From Saprolegnia diclina VS20 (lineage: Eukaryota), in NCBI RefSeq assembly GCF_000281045.1, contig NW_008246119.1, positions 241,023-276,238 on the forward strand: a DNA stretch of 35,216 nt. Reading direction: 5' to 3'. The notes below the pieces were generated by a model that saw only the letters and a list, made by a program, of their open reading frames with translations, was not told the origin of the DNA and did no database searches. Shown here piece after piece: positions 22,308 through 32,949 of this stretch. Each line of letters begins with the position of its first letter. Position 1 is the stretch's first letter. A program made the position numbers and the translations under genes.

Positions 22308-25256
22308 ATGGAGTCGTTCCGCGGCCACGACCCCGCGGATGCGATGGACGCGCCGATGCCGCAGTCCAAGCTCAAGCTGCGTAAGAAGGCCGTCGACGAC
22401 GACGCCGGGCCCGCGCCGGGGCGCAAGCGCGCGCGTCGGGAGAAGGACGTCGACAAGGCGTACCCGGACGACCGGTCCTCGACCGGAGGTCGCGACGAGA
22501 AGCCTGACGTCGTGGCCGCGCCAGCGGTGGGCGTACCTTTCCTCACAGCCTCGGGGCGCGACGACATTGAGGCCGGCAAGAGCTTGCTCGAATTGCTCCT
22601 CAAGCCGAGCCGGCAAAAGTCCAAGCGCCGCGACGACCGCACCGAAGAAGAGATGTTTGGCACACACGACATGACGCTCGTGCCGCCTGGCATCGTCAAC
22701 AAGATGGACAAGCTCAAGGACGACTACGTGCGCTCGGTCGCGACGGAGCACACGCGGCATTGGATCCAGATGAGCGGCTTTGGCGACAGCTCCAAGTTTA
22801 TGAGCAACTTGATTCCGGCGGTCGAGCCACAGTACCCGTGCAACTACCCGACGATCCTCGACGAGATTGTGGTCTCGTTCATGTTCAAGCGGCCCGAGGT
22901 ACGCATCCTACGCGTCTCACCCATTGTTCTCAAATAAGATGGTGTAGTACACGGATATGTTGATCCGGACCGTCATCAAGCGCCACACTGAGCACGTCTA
23001 CCCGGAGAAGAACCCGCTCGTGCAAACGATGCTGCAGAAGATTGCGCTGCTGCACACGGGCGAGCTCTTTGGCGACTCGGCCGCGACGACCCGGCACCGG
23101 ATAGCGACCTTGGCGATCGTCAAGGCCTTGTTCCACAGCAACCAAGAAAAGCTGTACCTCAGCACGTGGATCCTCGACTGCTTGCGCGTCACGAGCCAAG
23201 ACATGCTCGACGTGCTCGTCGCCAAGCTCCTCAACGCGATCGCATTCCTTCCGCTCATGCAGCCCGAGCCGCACGCGCTGCCGTGGCTCGCCATGTGGCA
23301 GGACGAGACGTGGTCCATCTACGACGGCGGCCACCAGCTCGTGGACCTTGTGCACCTCGAGACCAAGCACGACCCGTCGACGCGCCGCGTGACGCGCTCG
23401 ATCGTCCGTGAGGCGCTTCTGCGCTTTGCCTACATGCCTCAAGGCCACTTTTCGTTCTTTGCGCCAGCGTTCCGCTCTTATTTATGCGCCGCGACGACCG
23501 ACAGCCTCGCGATGCTCACCGACGTGGTCCCGAAATTCCCGCCTCGGTACGTCGCCGCCGACCCGCACCCTATCACGCAGCTCCTCGACCTCTTTGCCAG
23601 CGCGATTCCGCTCGCCAACGCATCGGACAATGCGTGGTTCCTCCTGCATCTCTGGCCGCTCGTGCTCACGTCGGACGACGCACCCGAGTTGCTGCCGATG
23701 GTCTTTACGCGCTACATGGCGTACGTCTTTGGCGGTCTCAACGACAAGAAGCTTCCGGAGCAACTCGGCTTTGGCCCGCACGTCGTCTTTGGCACCGTCG
23801 ACGCGTGGCAGAGCCTCCGCACGTTTCTCGAGGCAATTCCGACGCACGCGACCAAGCGCCTCCCGACCATTCGGCGTGTCTTTGCCGCGTGGAAGGCGGC
23901 GTGGGCCGAGGCCACGGTGCCGCTGCACGTGATGCTGACGATGGTCGTCGTCTCGCTCTCGTTTGAAGCGACCGACGACACGTCTGCGGCGTACCACGCG
24001 ACCATGACGGAGTTTCGAGCGCTCACGCTGTCGCTCTTGACGGCCAAGGCGGCGACGCTCTTTGCGTCTGGACCCGGGTACCTCGCGTTTCGCCATACGT
24101 TTCTGCAGCACCCGCGCGGCGTCTGCCCCAAGCGGCTCGCCCACGTTGTCGATACAGTGCTGGCGCAACTGCCGTTGGACGACGCTTCGTATGCGCTGGG
24201 CTTGCAGCAGACGCTCGTCGCGAGTTTGGCGGACGAAATGGAGCCCTTGCCGGGCGTCGCCTTCTTTGATTGGCAACAACACATTGTCCGGGTGCTGCCG
24301 AGCGGTCCGTCCACCATAACACACCCGCCACAGCCACTTTTGACGGTGCTCCTCTTGACTGAGCTCGTACGTTCTCCCACCTATCCTTTTGCTCACTATG
24401 GACTTATGATGCATTTGTGCAGGTGTCGACGGCGTCGCCATCGGTGGCCACGTTTGTTCAGCGCCAAGTGGCCACGTCCCCGGCCGTGTACGAAGCGCTC
24501 ATTGCGCTCCTCTCGTCGATGGACCAAGACGTGGTCGATGCGACGCTTGGGCTTTTGCAAAACGTCTTGACGCGCTGGCACGACCTGGTGCCGGACCTCT
24601 GGACGCAGCCGCATGTACTGCAGACCATTGCGCGCCTCGCCCACCGCGCCGACGCACGCGGCGCCAAGACGCTCCTCGAAGCGCTGGTGACGCGTGGACC
24701 GCCGCGCGTGCCGCTGCTTCTCCTCCGGCTGTGCGTCGACGCGCTGCCGTCCCTCCCGGCCCACGAGATGCTTGCGTATGTGCACGACGTCCAGCTTGGG
24801 CTTGGGCAGACGCCGGCCGTGTGGGAGCCAGTGCTGCAGTTTGCATCGGCGCAGCTGCTATCGACAGCGACGGCGTACTGGACGGAAAAGTCGGCTGCCC
24901 ACATGGGTCTCCTACTCCTGCGCATGCTGTACAAACTGCAGTGGCGGCCCGAGTACGCGTCCTTGCTGCCGTTTGCGCTTCGGACGCTTGAGACGTCGTC
25001 GGACGTCATTTGCGCGTTGCAGCTCGGCCTGCTTTACGATGTGGTCGCGACGGCACCGCGCGCCCAAGACATTGCGCCCGTCTTGACGTCAAGCAACGTG
25101 AGCTCGCGCCTCCAGCTGCTGCTCTCGCTGCCGCAACAGCGCGGACCGTCGGTCGTGGCGCTCGCAAAGCGCACGCTTGGCGCGCTCGAGACCAAGCCTT
25201 CTGCCGTAGCCTCATCATCATCATCAGGAAAGCTGCATCGTACCGACGACGACTAG
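22308..25256 (+). CDS. Uncharacterised Leu/Ala-rich, probably alpha-solenoid (ARM/HEAT-like) protein, 947 aa, 3 exons (22308-22898, 22948-24366, 24423-25256)
   Basis: Three long ORFs joined in phase by introns 22899-22947 and 24367-24422. The charged N-terminus has NLS-like KLKLRKK and RKRARR. No family recognised. Confidence 0.75.
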
Positions 25257-25393
25257 AGTTATACAAAGATTAAATACCAACTGATTGTGGTCGCGCAATA
25301 GCGACCGTCAACTTCGTCGCAGCTGCCCATGTTTGCGAAAAGACCTACCCCTTGTCCTTCATGCAGGCAACTGAGAGCGAGCTCTTTCGTTAC

Positions 25394-25453
25394 GAGGTTT
25401 AGAGTTTAGGAGGTTTAGCGATTAGGAGGTTAGGAGGTTAGGAGGTTAGGTTA
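25394..25453 (+). repeat. Telomere-like TTAGGAGG / TTTAGG tandem array
   Basis: Three exact TTAGGAGG units at 25422-25445, then TTAGGTTA, preceded by degenerate GAGGTTTAG, AGTTTAGGAGG and TTTAGCG units. Confidence 0.75.
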
Positions 25454-25580
25454 AATGATGCAGCCATGGGCTTGGTTAGTTGTTTGCTTGCCGCAGTAGG
25501 TATCGCCCGAAGATTCACCGCCACAACCAAGCAGTACGACGAGCACAGAGTGTTGGTCGTTGATGTTTGTCGCTGGCTTT

Positions 25581-25596
25581 GGCATTTCCATTTTCG
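25581..25596 (+). promoter_or_regulatory. Putative INR-FPR core promoter of the anoctamin gene
   Basis: GGCATTTCCATTTTCG about 25-40 nt upstream of ATG 25619. Confidence 0.45.
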
Positions 25597-25618
25597 AGAG
25601 GCCAAGACGACGACGACG

Positions 25619-27607
25619 ATGGCGGTCCGCGCTCGGTATGGCCTTCTCTTCCCGCGGTCCTCTTCGCTGGCGGCCATCGACGCGGTGCAAGTAGCGCTGG
25701 AGGCGCGGGGCCTCGTCGTCGTGCGCGAGACGATTGCCGGCGAGACGAGTCCGGTCGCGACGTCGTACCTCGCCAAGCACCACGCCATGGCGCTCACGGT
25801 GACCTGCAGCCACGCGCGCCTCGAAGCACATGCCGAGCGCCTCGGCCTCTTCAAGCCGCTCGCGGACTCGCCGTGCGCGCGCAGAGAGCCGTTTGTGGTG
25901 GCGCGCGGCGACACGTTTGCGCACTACGCCGAGAAGGACGGCCCGCACCGGTTCTTCTCGAGCAGCGAAGAGCTGTACGTACTCGGCGACCTCCTTGACG
26001 ACGGCGTCGAGGGCCACCACGTTGAGATGTTGCCGCTCCACGACAAGCACGAGAAGAGTGTGCTTTGGCGCGACTTTTGCTGGTCGTTGTACCCATCCAA
26101 CACGGACCTCGCCGACCGCATGGAGGCGTACTTTGGGTCCCAGGTCGCCTTGTACTTTGCGTGGCTGCACTACCTCACGATCTTCTTGGCCGGGCCCGGC
26201 GTCCTCGGCGGCCTCCTCACGCTCTACGAGTACCTCGCGGACGTCGACGAGAGCGACGACGTGGCGGTCTCGCCCTTCTTTACGCTCTTTATGGTGCTCT
26301 GGAGCGCGTGCTTTTTGCAGTATTGGCAGCGCCGGTCGGCTGCGCTCGCTTGTCGCTGGGGCCTCCTCGAAGCCGCGACCAAGCGCACGCTCCGCCCGGA
26401 CTTTGTCGGCGTGCCCCACACCAACACGTTCTCGGGCGTCGTCTCGCTCACGTACCCGTACTACTACCGCGCGTTCAAGTACATATGGTCGGCGCTCGTC
26501 ACGACCAGTCTCCTCTCGATGGCAGTCGGTATCATGGTGATCTCGCTCAACTTTCAAGGCTACATCCACGCCAAGTCGGTCGGCGGCGCGTACTTGCATT
26601 GGCCGCTCGTGCACCAATTTTCGCTGCCCGGCGCGGTCTTTGACCAGCAAGGCGGCGGGCCGCTGCCGTACGTGCTGCCGTACGTGCCCGTCGTACTGCA
26701 CTGCTCGCTCATTCTGTTGCTCAACTTGCGCTACCGCAAAATTGCGTATGCGCTCACGCAGTATGAGAACCATGCGACGACCGAGTCGTTTGAGAATGCG
26801 CTTGTGCTCAAGCGCTTCTTTTTCGAAGCCTTTGACTGCTACATTGCGCTCTTTTATCTTGCGTTTTGCCAACTCGATGTCGTCTTGCTCAAGGCCGAGC
26901 TCACGTCCTTGTACATGGCCGACACGTTCCGGCGCGTCGGGCTCGAGACGCTCTTGCCGTTAGCCCTCAAGTACGTGGGGACGCGGCCGCGGGACGCAAA
27001 GACAAAGAAGGACGACGAGGCTGCAACGTCGGCCAAGGTGCAAGTCGTCAAGGAGGCGACCGCGTTCGACGAGTATGAGCCGTTTGACGACTACCTCGAA
27101 AAGGTCATTGAGTTTGGCTACGTCACGCTCTTTGCGTCGTGCTTTCCGCTCGCGGGGCTGCTCTCGATGGCATCGAACCTCATTGAGCTCAAGTCGGACC
27201 AGTTCAAGCTCATCTTTTTGACCCAGCGCCCGGCCATCGCGCGCTGCACCACCATTGGCATTTGGCAGTCGATTCTCGGAGGCCTCGTGTGGCTCTCGGT
27301 GCTCACCAACGTCTTCCTCTTTGGCTTTACGACCGACCAGCTCAGTCTCTTCTGCCCCTCGTGGTTTCAAACGATTCCGGTCGAAGACGCGGCGTTCGGT
27401 GGCGTCGACCATATTCATGTCGCAGCGTCGGGCCAGGGCATGACGGTCATGGGTTTTGTCTTTGGCGTCGAGCACGTCCTCTTTGTGCTCGTGTTTCTCA
27501 TTACGAAGCTCATTCCGAGCGTCCCCGACAGCGTCATCGAAGAGACGGCACGGCGCCAACGAGCGCTCGTGCTCGCCAAGCCAGCGTCGTCCGCCGAGTC
27601 GGGATAG
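25619..27607 (+). CDS. Anoctamin / TMEM16 Ca2+-activated scramblase or channel (ANO10-like), ~662 aa, intronless
   Basis: YFGSQVALYFAWL, YENH..FENALVLKRFFF, FDDYLEKVIEFGYVTLFASCFPLA, SNLIELKSD (Ca2+-site acidic residues), IGIWQ; multiple TM segments. Confidence 0.92.
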   Translation: MAVRARYGLLFPRSSSLAAIDAVQVALEARGLVVVRETIAGETSPVATSYLAKHHAMALTVTCSHARLEAHAERLGLFKPLADSPCARREPFVVARGDTFAHYAEKDGPHRFFSSSEELYVLGDLLDDGVEGHHVEMLPLHDKHEKSVLWRDFCWSLYPSNTDLADRMEAYFGSQVALYFAWLHYLTIFLAGPGVLGGLLTLYEYLADVDESDDVAVSPFFTLFMVLWSACFLQYWQRRSAALACRWGLLEAATKRTLRPDFVGVPHTNTFSGVVSLTYPYYYRAFKYIWSALVTTSLLSMAVGIMVISLNFQGYIHAKSVGGAYLHWPLVHQFSLPGAVFDQQGGGPLPYVLPYVPVVLHCSLILLLNLRYRKIAYALTQYENHATTESFENALVLKRFFFEAFDCYIALFYLAFCQLDVVLLKAELTSLYMADTFRRVGLETLLPLALKYVGTRPRDAKTKKDDEAATSAKVQVVKEATAFDEYEPFDDYLEKVIEFGYVTLFASCFPLAGLLSMASNLIELKSDQFKLIFLTQRPAIARCTTIGIWQSILGGLVWLSVLTNVFLFGFTTDQLSLFCPSWFQTIPVEDAAFGGVDHIHVAASGQGMTVMGFVFGVEHVLFVLVFLITKLIPSVPDSVIEETARRQRALVLAKPASSAESG

Positions 27608-28109
27608 GTGTAGGGTTAAAAGCCTCTCTACGTGTAAGAAACCAAGGCGTTCTTGTCATACCGTTGCATTCTTGATGCAAAGTAGCACCGAGCACTCGTA
27701 GCTCGACGCGCATGGTCCCGTTTGCCTCGCCAGCTTTGAGAGTTCGTCGAGTTCAACTAGGTTGCGTGAAAATAGTCGAGTCGCCTCTGTGGGCTTGGTC
27801 GATCACCAAACGACGAGCTTGGTACGTCCCCGAGCCGCCCGTGTGACTCCCGATAACGCTGTTTTACGAAGATGAATCTAGCTCTAGGTGCCCCGACCGT
27901 CCTATTAGCCGGAGCTATTAGCCGATATTTCGCTATCCGCTTGTGGCGTAATGTCGTGATGCGGTTTGCACTTTCGAATGACGTGGCAGCGCGTGCAAGT
28001 ACAACTGTAGGCAGTAGGGAAAAAGACTTCGGGTAGGCAGCATTGTGTGTGAGGATCAGCAGAATTGAATTTGCCCCGCCGCCCTCACATACCGCCTCCA
28101 GCTTCAGTA

Positions 28110-28387
28110 CACGGTCGTCGGCCTCGACGCCGACGCCACGGGCCACCGATGCCGACCCCGATTTGATGAGACTCTCTGCACACACTGTGCCTGCACTGGG
28201 CGCTTTTGCTCGCGCGCGCCATGGCCCGACGCGCTCCGCGTCCCGCTTTTGGCCCGACGCATCTCGGCCGTCTCTTGGCCCGCTCGGCGCGTCGATGGAT
28301 CGCGGCTGCGAGCAGTTTGTGTTCCGCGCCTTGGCGCTGCACGGATGGATGCGCATCGGGTACGCCGTCGTCATGATGCTCAACCGC
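28110..28387 (+). pseudogene. Degenerate fragment paralogous to the minus-strand gene at 31128-32949, cut by the assembly gap
   Basis: FVFRALALHGWMRIGYAVVMMLNR aligns with LVFRALAQHGWRQVGHAVVTLFNR, and the DNA at 28317-28387 resembles the reverse complement of 32194-32265. The left boundary is approximate. Confidence 0.65.
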
Positions 28388-28757
28388 NNNNNNNNNNNNN
28401 NNNNNNNNNNNNNNNNNNNNNNNNNNNNNNNNNNNNNNNNNNNNNNNNNNNNNNNNNNNNNNNNNNNNNNNNNNNNNNNNNNNNNNNNNNNNNNNNNNNN
28501 NNNNNNNNNNNNNNNNNNNNNNNNNNNNNNNNNNNNNNNNNNNNNNNNNNNNNNNNNNNNNNNNNNNNNNNNNNNNNNNNNNNNNNNNNNNNNNNNNNNN
28601 NNNNNNNNNNNNNNNNNNNNNNNNNNNNNNNNNNNNNNNNNNNNNNNNNNNNNNNNNNNNNNNNNNNNNNNNNNNNNNNNNNNNNNNNNNNNNNNNNNNN
28701 NNNNNNNNNNNNNNNNNNNNNNNNNNNNNNNNNNNNNNNNNNNNNNNNNNNNNNNNN
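28388..28757. other. Assembly gap (370 N)
   Basis: Run of N. Confidence 1.
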
Positions 28758-29156
28758 CTAGCGACCATGCACGAGCCTCGTACGCAGGCGGCGGCGTCGT
28801 ACTTGGACCCGATGCTGGGTGATCTTGAAGCGGGAAAAGCTACGCATTCGGGTGCAACAGCTTGCAACCGAAATACGAGACGTGATATTAGACCAGGTGC
28901 GTATCTTGGATAGAAGACCTTGAATAAAATAGGGTCAGTAACTTCAAGCTAGCCAAACGCATATTATTGAACCACACGATCGCTCTCGCAGCATCCTACG
29001 CACGTGGCTCGAGCTAATCGTCGCGTTCGTCTCATTCACACGAGCTGTTGAAGCTCCTCGAAGAAAGAGAGCGAACCACAGTCCACAGTGGGTCAAGCAT
29101 AGTTTGATAAAATCACATGACGATGAGCGAAATATATAGAGCGGTCGTCGACAACC

Positions 29157-30062
29157 TCAGCGCAACGTGTGCATGCTACTAGTAGTCGTTGCGCGAGCGT
29201 GTCTGCCGGGCGGTCGCGTTTTTTGGCGACGCTGGCGGCGTCGATGCGCCCGCGCTGCGTCGGCCATCGTGGCGTGCAGGTTGTGCGTCCACGCAAAGTA
29301 CTCGATCACGTCACGGCTGTGGCAGGCGACGGCCATGTCGAGAGCCATGGGCCAGTACCGCGACTCGTTGTAGCCACTGCAAAAGCGCACACAGAATTTG
29401 GGCAGCAGCGTGTTGGGACGCCACTGGAATCATGCTCTCAGAGCTCTTATCCAAGAGAAACCCCACGAGACCCACACTGCCGCTCCACCCTGCAAGCTGG
29501 ACATGATTGACCTCGAAGGCGGTGATCACACACTTCTGAAAGAGCTCTTGCACGTAGCGCAGTCAACCATCGAGCATGCAACCTCTGTCAACCTCGGCAA
29601 GAATGGATCGGCGTCGTATGTGAAGGAAAAACGAAGCAAGTCGACAATGTCGCCGAAACAGGCTGCGAGAGAGATACCGCAAGTGACCGTGAGTGGAGCT
29701 TCCGTCGCCGCTCAATATGGCGCGACCTATGTTTCTGTGCATGGAGATGTCGTCGGCGTAGGTGTTGCACGTGCCGGTGCTTGCCGACGCAGTGGGCCCA
29801 TGTCCACGAGCTCGCGCAAGAGATCGATCCGTCCGTACTCGAGCGCACAGCTAAAGACGAACATCGGGCAAAGCTGGGGCACAAAGTGGAGGCCGATGCG
29901 AGCGAGCCATGGCGCTATGACCGCGTGCACAGGCCCGAGGCTGGCGTCCGGCGGGTTAGGGCCGAGGCGCGTGAGGATGCGCACGTCTTGGATCATGCCC
30001 GATTGGTAGATCGCGACGAGTGGCAGAAGCTCCGCGCCCATTAGTACGGCGACGAAGCCCAT
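29157..30062 (-). pseudogene. Disrupted ankyrin-repeat-like gene
   Basis: Starts MGFVAVLMGAELLPLVAIYQSG. Repeat-like blocks (ALEYGRIDLLREL, LAACFGDIVDLLRF, LAGWSGSVGLVGFL, ALDMAVACHSRDVIEYF) lie in different frames, separated by stops and frameshifts. Confidence 0.6.
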
Positions 30063-30379
30063 GTCGTTAAGCTTGCGTCGTGGGCCGCTGGATAGGATTT
30101 GAACAACAGTGGAAGGTGTTTGGAACACATTTGTGGTGCGCCTTGAAGTGGCAGTGTGTGTCGCTGCTCAAGGGTACTTTGCTGACGCACAATTTCATTT
30201 CTTATCCGACCATGCAGAACGTGCTTCTTGCGAGACACCGCTGGACAACTTCTGCCGGAAGTGGCCATGCTCCGGCTACTGCGTTGCCGAACCCATCGAG
30301 GTGTTACAAGCGCCGGTGACGAGGTCTATTGCTTTTGCCTGCACCTTCGTTCAACCAAGAAGGATGCACCGTCCATATT

Positions 30380-30980
30380 GTCTTGTGTGTCGTCGACGCA
30401 TGCATGGGTTGGTGGTTCCTACGAGGGTTAGGGTTTCTCTCGAGCCAGGCCAGCGCGTAAAGGGTGGAGGTGCCTTTGTACGGCCACCAGCAAAGGAAAT
30501 CAACAGTAGGCACTGCGAACGTGAGGAATCTAGTGGCATCTAGTAGTCTAGCTGTTAAGGCGCTGGTGTAAAACCCAGTTGGTGCTGGGTTCGATCCCCG
30601 GTGGTGCCACGACTTTCCGATTCTACGCGGGTGTGGTTCAAAGGACATTGCATCTATTTGGTCCATATGCACCCGCGTATAATGTCTGGCGCATGGCGCA
30701 AGGGTCCTCGAACCCAAGCAAAATGCCCGTGGAAAGCTCTTTTTCTCTTCTTCACTCAACACCTACCAGCAGCTAGGATGCACCGGGTAGACCTGGCTCA
30801 TAGATGTTGGTGCTCTACATGATAGGAGCTAGCGTATCGAAGCAGATACATATATGTTGTGGAGCTATGCTGTGAGATGCGAGCTGTAGCATCATATATC
30901 GAATGAGTGCGTGTGACTGAGAGAAACCCTACCCCTCGTGGGAACCGACAACGTATGCATGCGTCCAGGACACACAAGAC
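30380..30980. mobile_element. Putative non-autonomous inverted-repeat (MITE-like) element, 601 bp, with 62-bp arms at 30380-30441 and 30919-30980
   Basis: The reverse complement of the right arm matches the left arm at 54 of 62 positions without gaps. No convincing ORF inside and no clear target-site duplication. Confidence 0.55.
30535..30803 (+). mobile_element. tRNA-derived SINE-like / Pol III element, copy 1
   Basis: tRNA-like head at 30535-30609 (acceptor GGCATC/GGTGCC, D arm GTCT/AGGC, T arm CTGGG-TTCGATC-CCCGG). Box A-like TAGTCTAGCTGT at 30544-30555, box B GGTTCGATCCC at 30588-30598, T5 at 30740-30744. A second copy lies in the window. Confidence 0.75.
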
Positions 30981-31127
30981 GGAAATAATTAATGCACTGT
31001 ATCATTGTTGATTCAAAAGGAAGATGGCTGCTTCAGTACGATGCCGAGGGAAGTGCCAAAGCGATGCGCTTGCTCGGATCATCCGTTGTGGCTTCTGCAG
31101 CTGCGTTTGGCGATCATTGCTTTGCAT

Positions 31128-32949
31128 CTAGCCACGGTTGCTGTCGCGGAGGTTGCGCAGCTTCCGAACGTCTTGACGCAGGGAGTAAAAGACGGAGTCG
31201 TCTTCGGGGACGCGTTGCAAGTTGTCAAGGCATCTTTGAGCAAGCTGGTGCTGCTCGATGCCGTGCGGAAGGCCAAAAACCAGAGGCGTAATGACCCAAG
31301 CCGCAGCCGGAGAATTGCACAGCCCGAGAAGCGACGACACCGTGTTGCGGGGAAGCGTCCGTGGTTGCCGCGGATTGCGGGTGAGGTACGCGGCAGCATT
31401 GACCATGAGGCGACGCTGTACGTCGATGATGCAGTTGCGCTCCTCGAGCGCGGTGGCAAGCGGCTTGAGATTGTCCTCGTCGTCCGAGATAAATGGCACG
31501 AAGCCCGCGACACTGAAGCCGACGGCGCGGTCAAAGGCGATGAGTGTCTCGGACGACTGGTCGGTCGTTGACACGAGGTGCAAGATCGCCGGAATGACGG
31601 CCCCGACCTGGGACCACAGCGCGTCCATCTTGTCCAGGCAATTCTTGGTCACGAGGATGTGGAGAAAAGACGCGAGACCGCGCACCGTGGCGCGGTATGG
31701 CGAGTTGGTGAGCCACGTGATGGCGCCGTCAATAAACGACGCGGGGCAAGTGGCCGCCGTGTTGAACTGCATGATCGCCGGCGCCGCAATGTTGACCGGC
31801 GAGTAAAATGCGTCGTGTGCGATGTCCAGAACCACGTAGTCGAGCACCGATGGTGTTCTGTAGAGACCGACCAGAAAGGCGACGTGATCGACGCCCAACA
31901 CCGTGGAGAGCCACGTCTTGGGAGCCTCACCCTTGTACGTGGTCACGTACGCCTCGAGCCGCAGCAGATTGACGACGATCTGGATGCGCGTTGCATCAGC
32001 ATAAAGACGACGTCGCCGCCTTGATCGATGTGGCCACGTACAAGGCGCGTCGGTACATCATCTTGACGTACTCGAAGAAGTACGCTTGGTTCTGGGCGCG
32101 CCGGGCGTCGCGGACCCACTTGGTGCCGTCAAGACCGACGAGTTGCAGGACCAGCTGCACAAGTCCCGGAACATTTGGGTCTTGGTCGGCGCAGCGGTTG
32201 AACAGCGTGACGACAGCGTGTCCGACCTGCCGCCACCCATGCTGCGCCAAGGCGCGGAAGACCAGACGGCCGAGACTATCGGCCCGCGTCAAGCAGCCGA
32301 GAAACGCAACACAAATGGTCTTGCTGTCCGTACGCGGCAGGCCCATCAAACGCAGCCCGAGAGCCGTCTTGGCGCGGGGCGGTGCTCTGATGGCGTCCGT
32401 CGTGGTGTCGGTGAGGCTGGCGAGGAGCTTCACAACGAGCAAAGCGCGCTCGAGACCACCGAGAAGATGGACGACGGCCTGAAAGCCATTCTCGCGCTGA
32501 AGAATCTCATCGACAGCGCTGTAGCCGAGAAGCCGCAGACGGAGCGGCTTCGGCCAAACCACAAGGACGAGGGCTCCACAGCGCGGAGAGCCGCGCCAGC
32601 GCCAGACCTTGGTCGACGGGACGTGATCCTGCACGCGTCTCGGCGTCGACGGGACGGGGTGCATGACGAATGTTTCGATGCGCAGGCACCCACGAAGAGT
32701 CTTGACCCTCGTGAGAGCCACATCGTATCGTCCCGTCTTGACGAGAACGTCCGCCAGCTCCGTGTCGACCGGTGAGAGCTCCTTGAAGTTGGGGTCGTTC
32801 TTCCGGTTTCGCAATTGTGTGACTTCACCGCACATGAAGCCGTAGCGGCCAATCGGGTGGTTGAACTTGATCGCGAGCTCCCGCAAGCGCTGATTCGCCT
32901 CCGCGGGCGAGGAGAGCGCATCTTCATAGTCGGCGTCGGTGTTCGTCAT
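31128..32949 (-). pseudogene. Frameshifted ~600-codon gene of unknown function (ORFs 32949-31996 and ~32000-31128)
   Basis: Coding-like GC3 throughout. The first frame stops at 31996 (SSLC*), while the neighbouring frame runs YADATRIQIVVNLLRLEAYVTTYK into the 31128 ORF. I saw no intron that repairs this. A paralogous fragment lies at 28.1-28.4 kb. Confidence 0.6.

Noticed and set aside
4141..26872. Long antisense or alternate-frame ORFs (e.g. 4141-5646, 6593-7981, 13025-14206, 17430-19142, 25451-26872)
   Set aside because: Shadows of GC3-rich genes on the opposite strand; Arg/Val/Ala-rich translations without motifs.
28043..28867. ORFs spanning the N run
   Set aside because: Artefacts of translating through the assembly gap.
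28847..28872. Hairpin TTCGGGTGCAA-CAGC-TTGCAACCGAA as a Helitron 3' end or terminator
   Set aside because: No CTRR end follows, it is a single occurrence, and it lies in decayed sequence.
30535..30609. Functional tRNA gene (Tyr-GTA or Thr-TGT reading of TGTAAAA)
   Set aside because: The anticodon arm cannot form a 5-bp stem with a 7-nt loop, the D loop lacks GG, and the downstream 150 nt is co-duplicated, which fits a tRNA-derived element better.
30361..30785. 11-nt direct repeat AGGATGCACCG at 30361 and 30775 as a target-site duplication
   Set aside because: It does not coincide with either element's ends (similarity to copy 2 continues past 30785) and could be chance.
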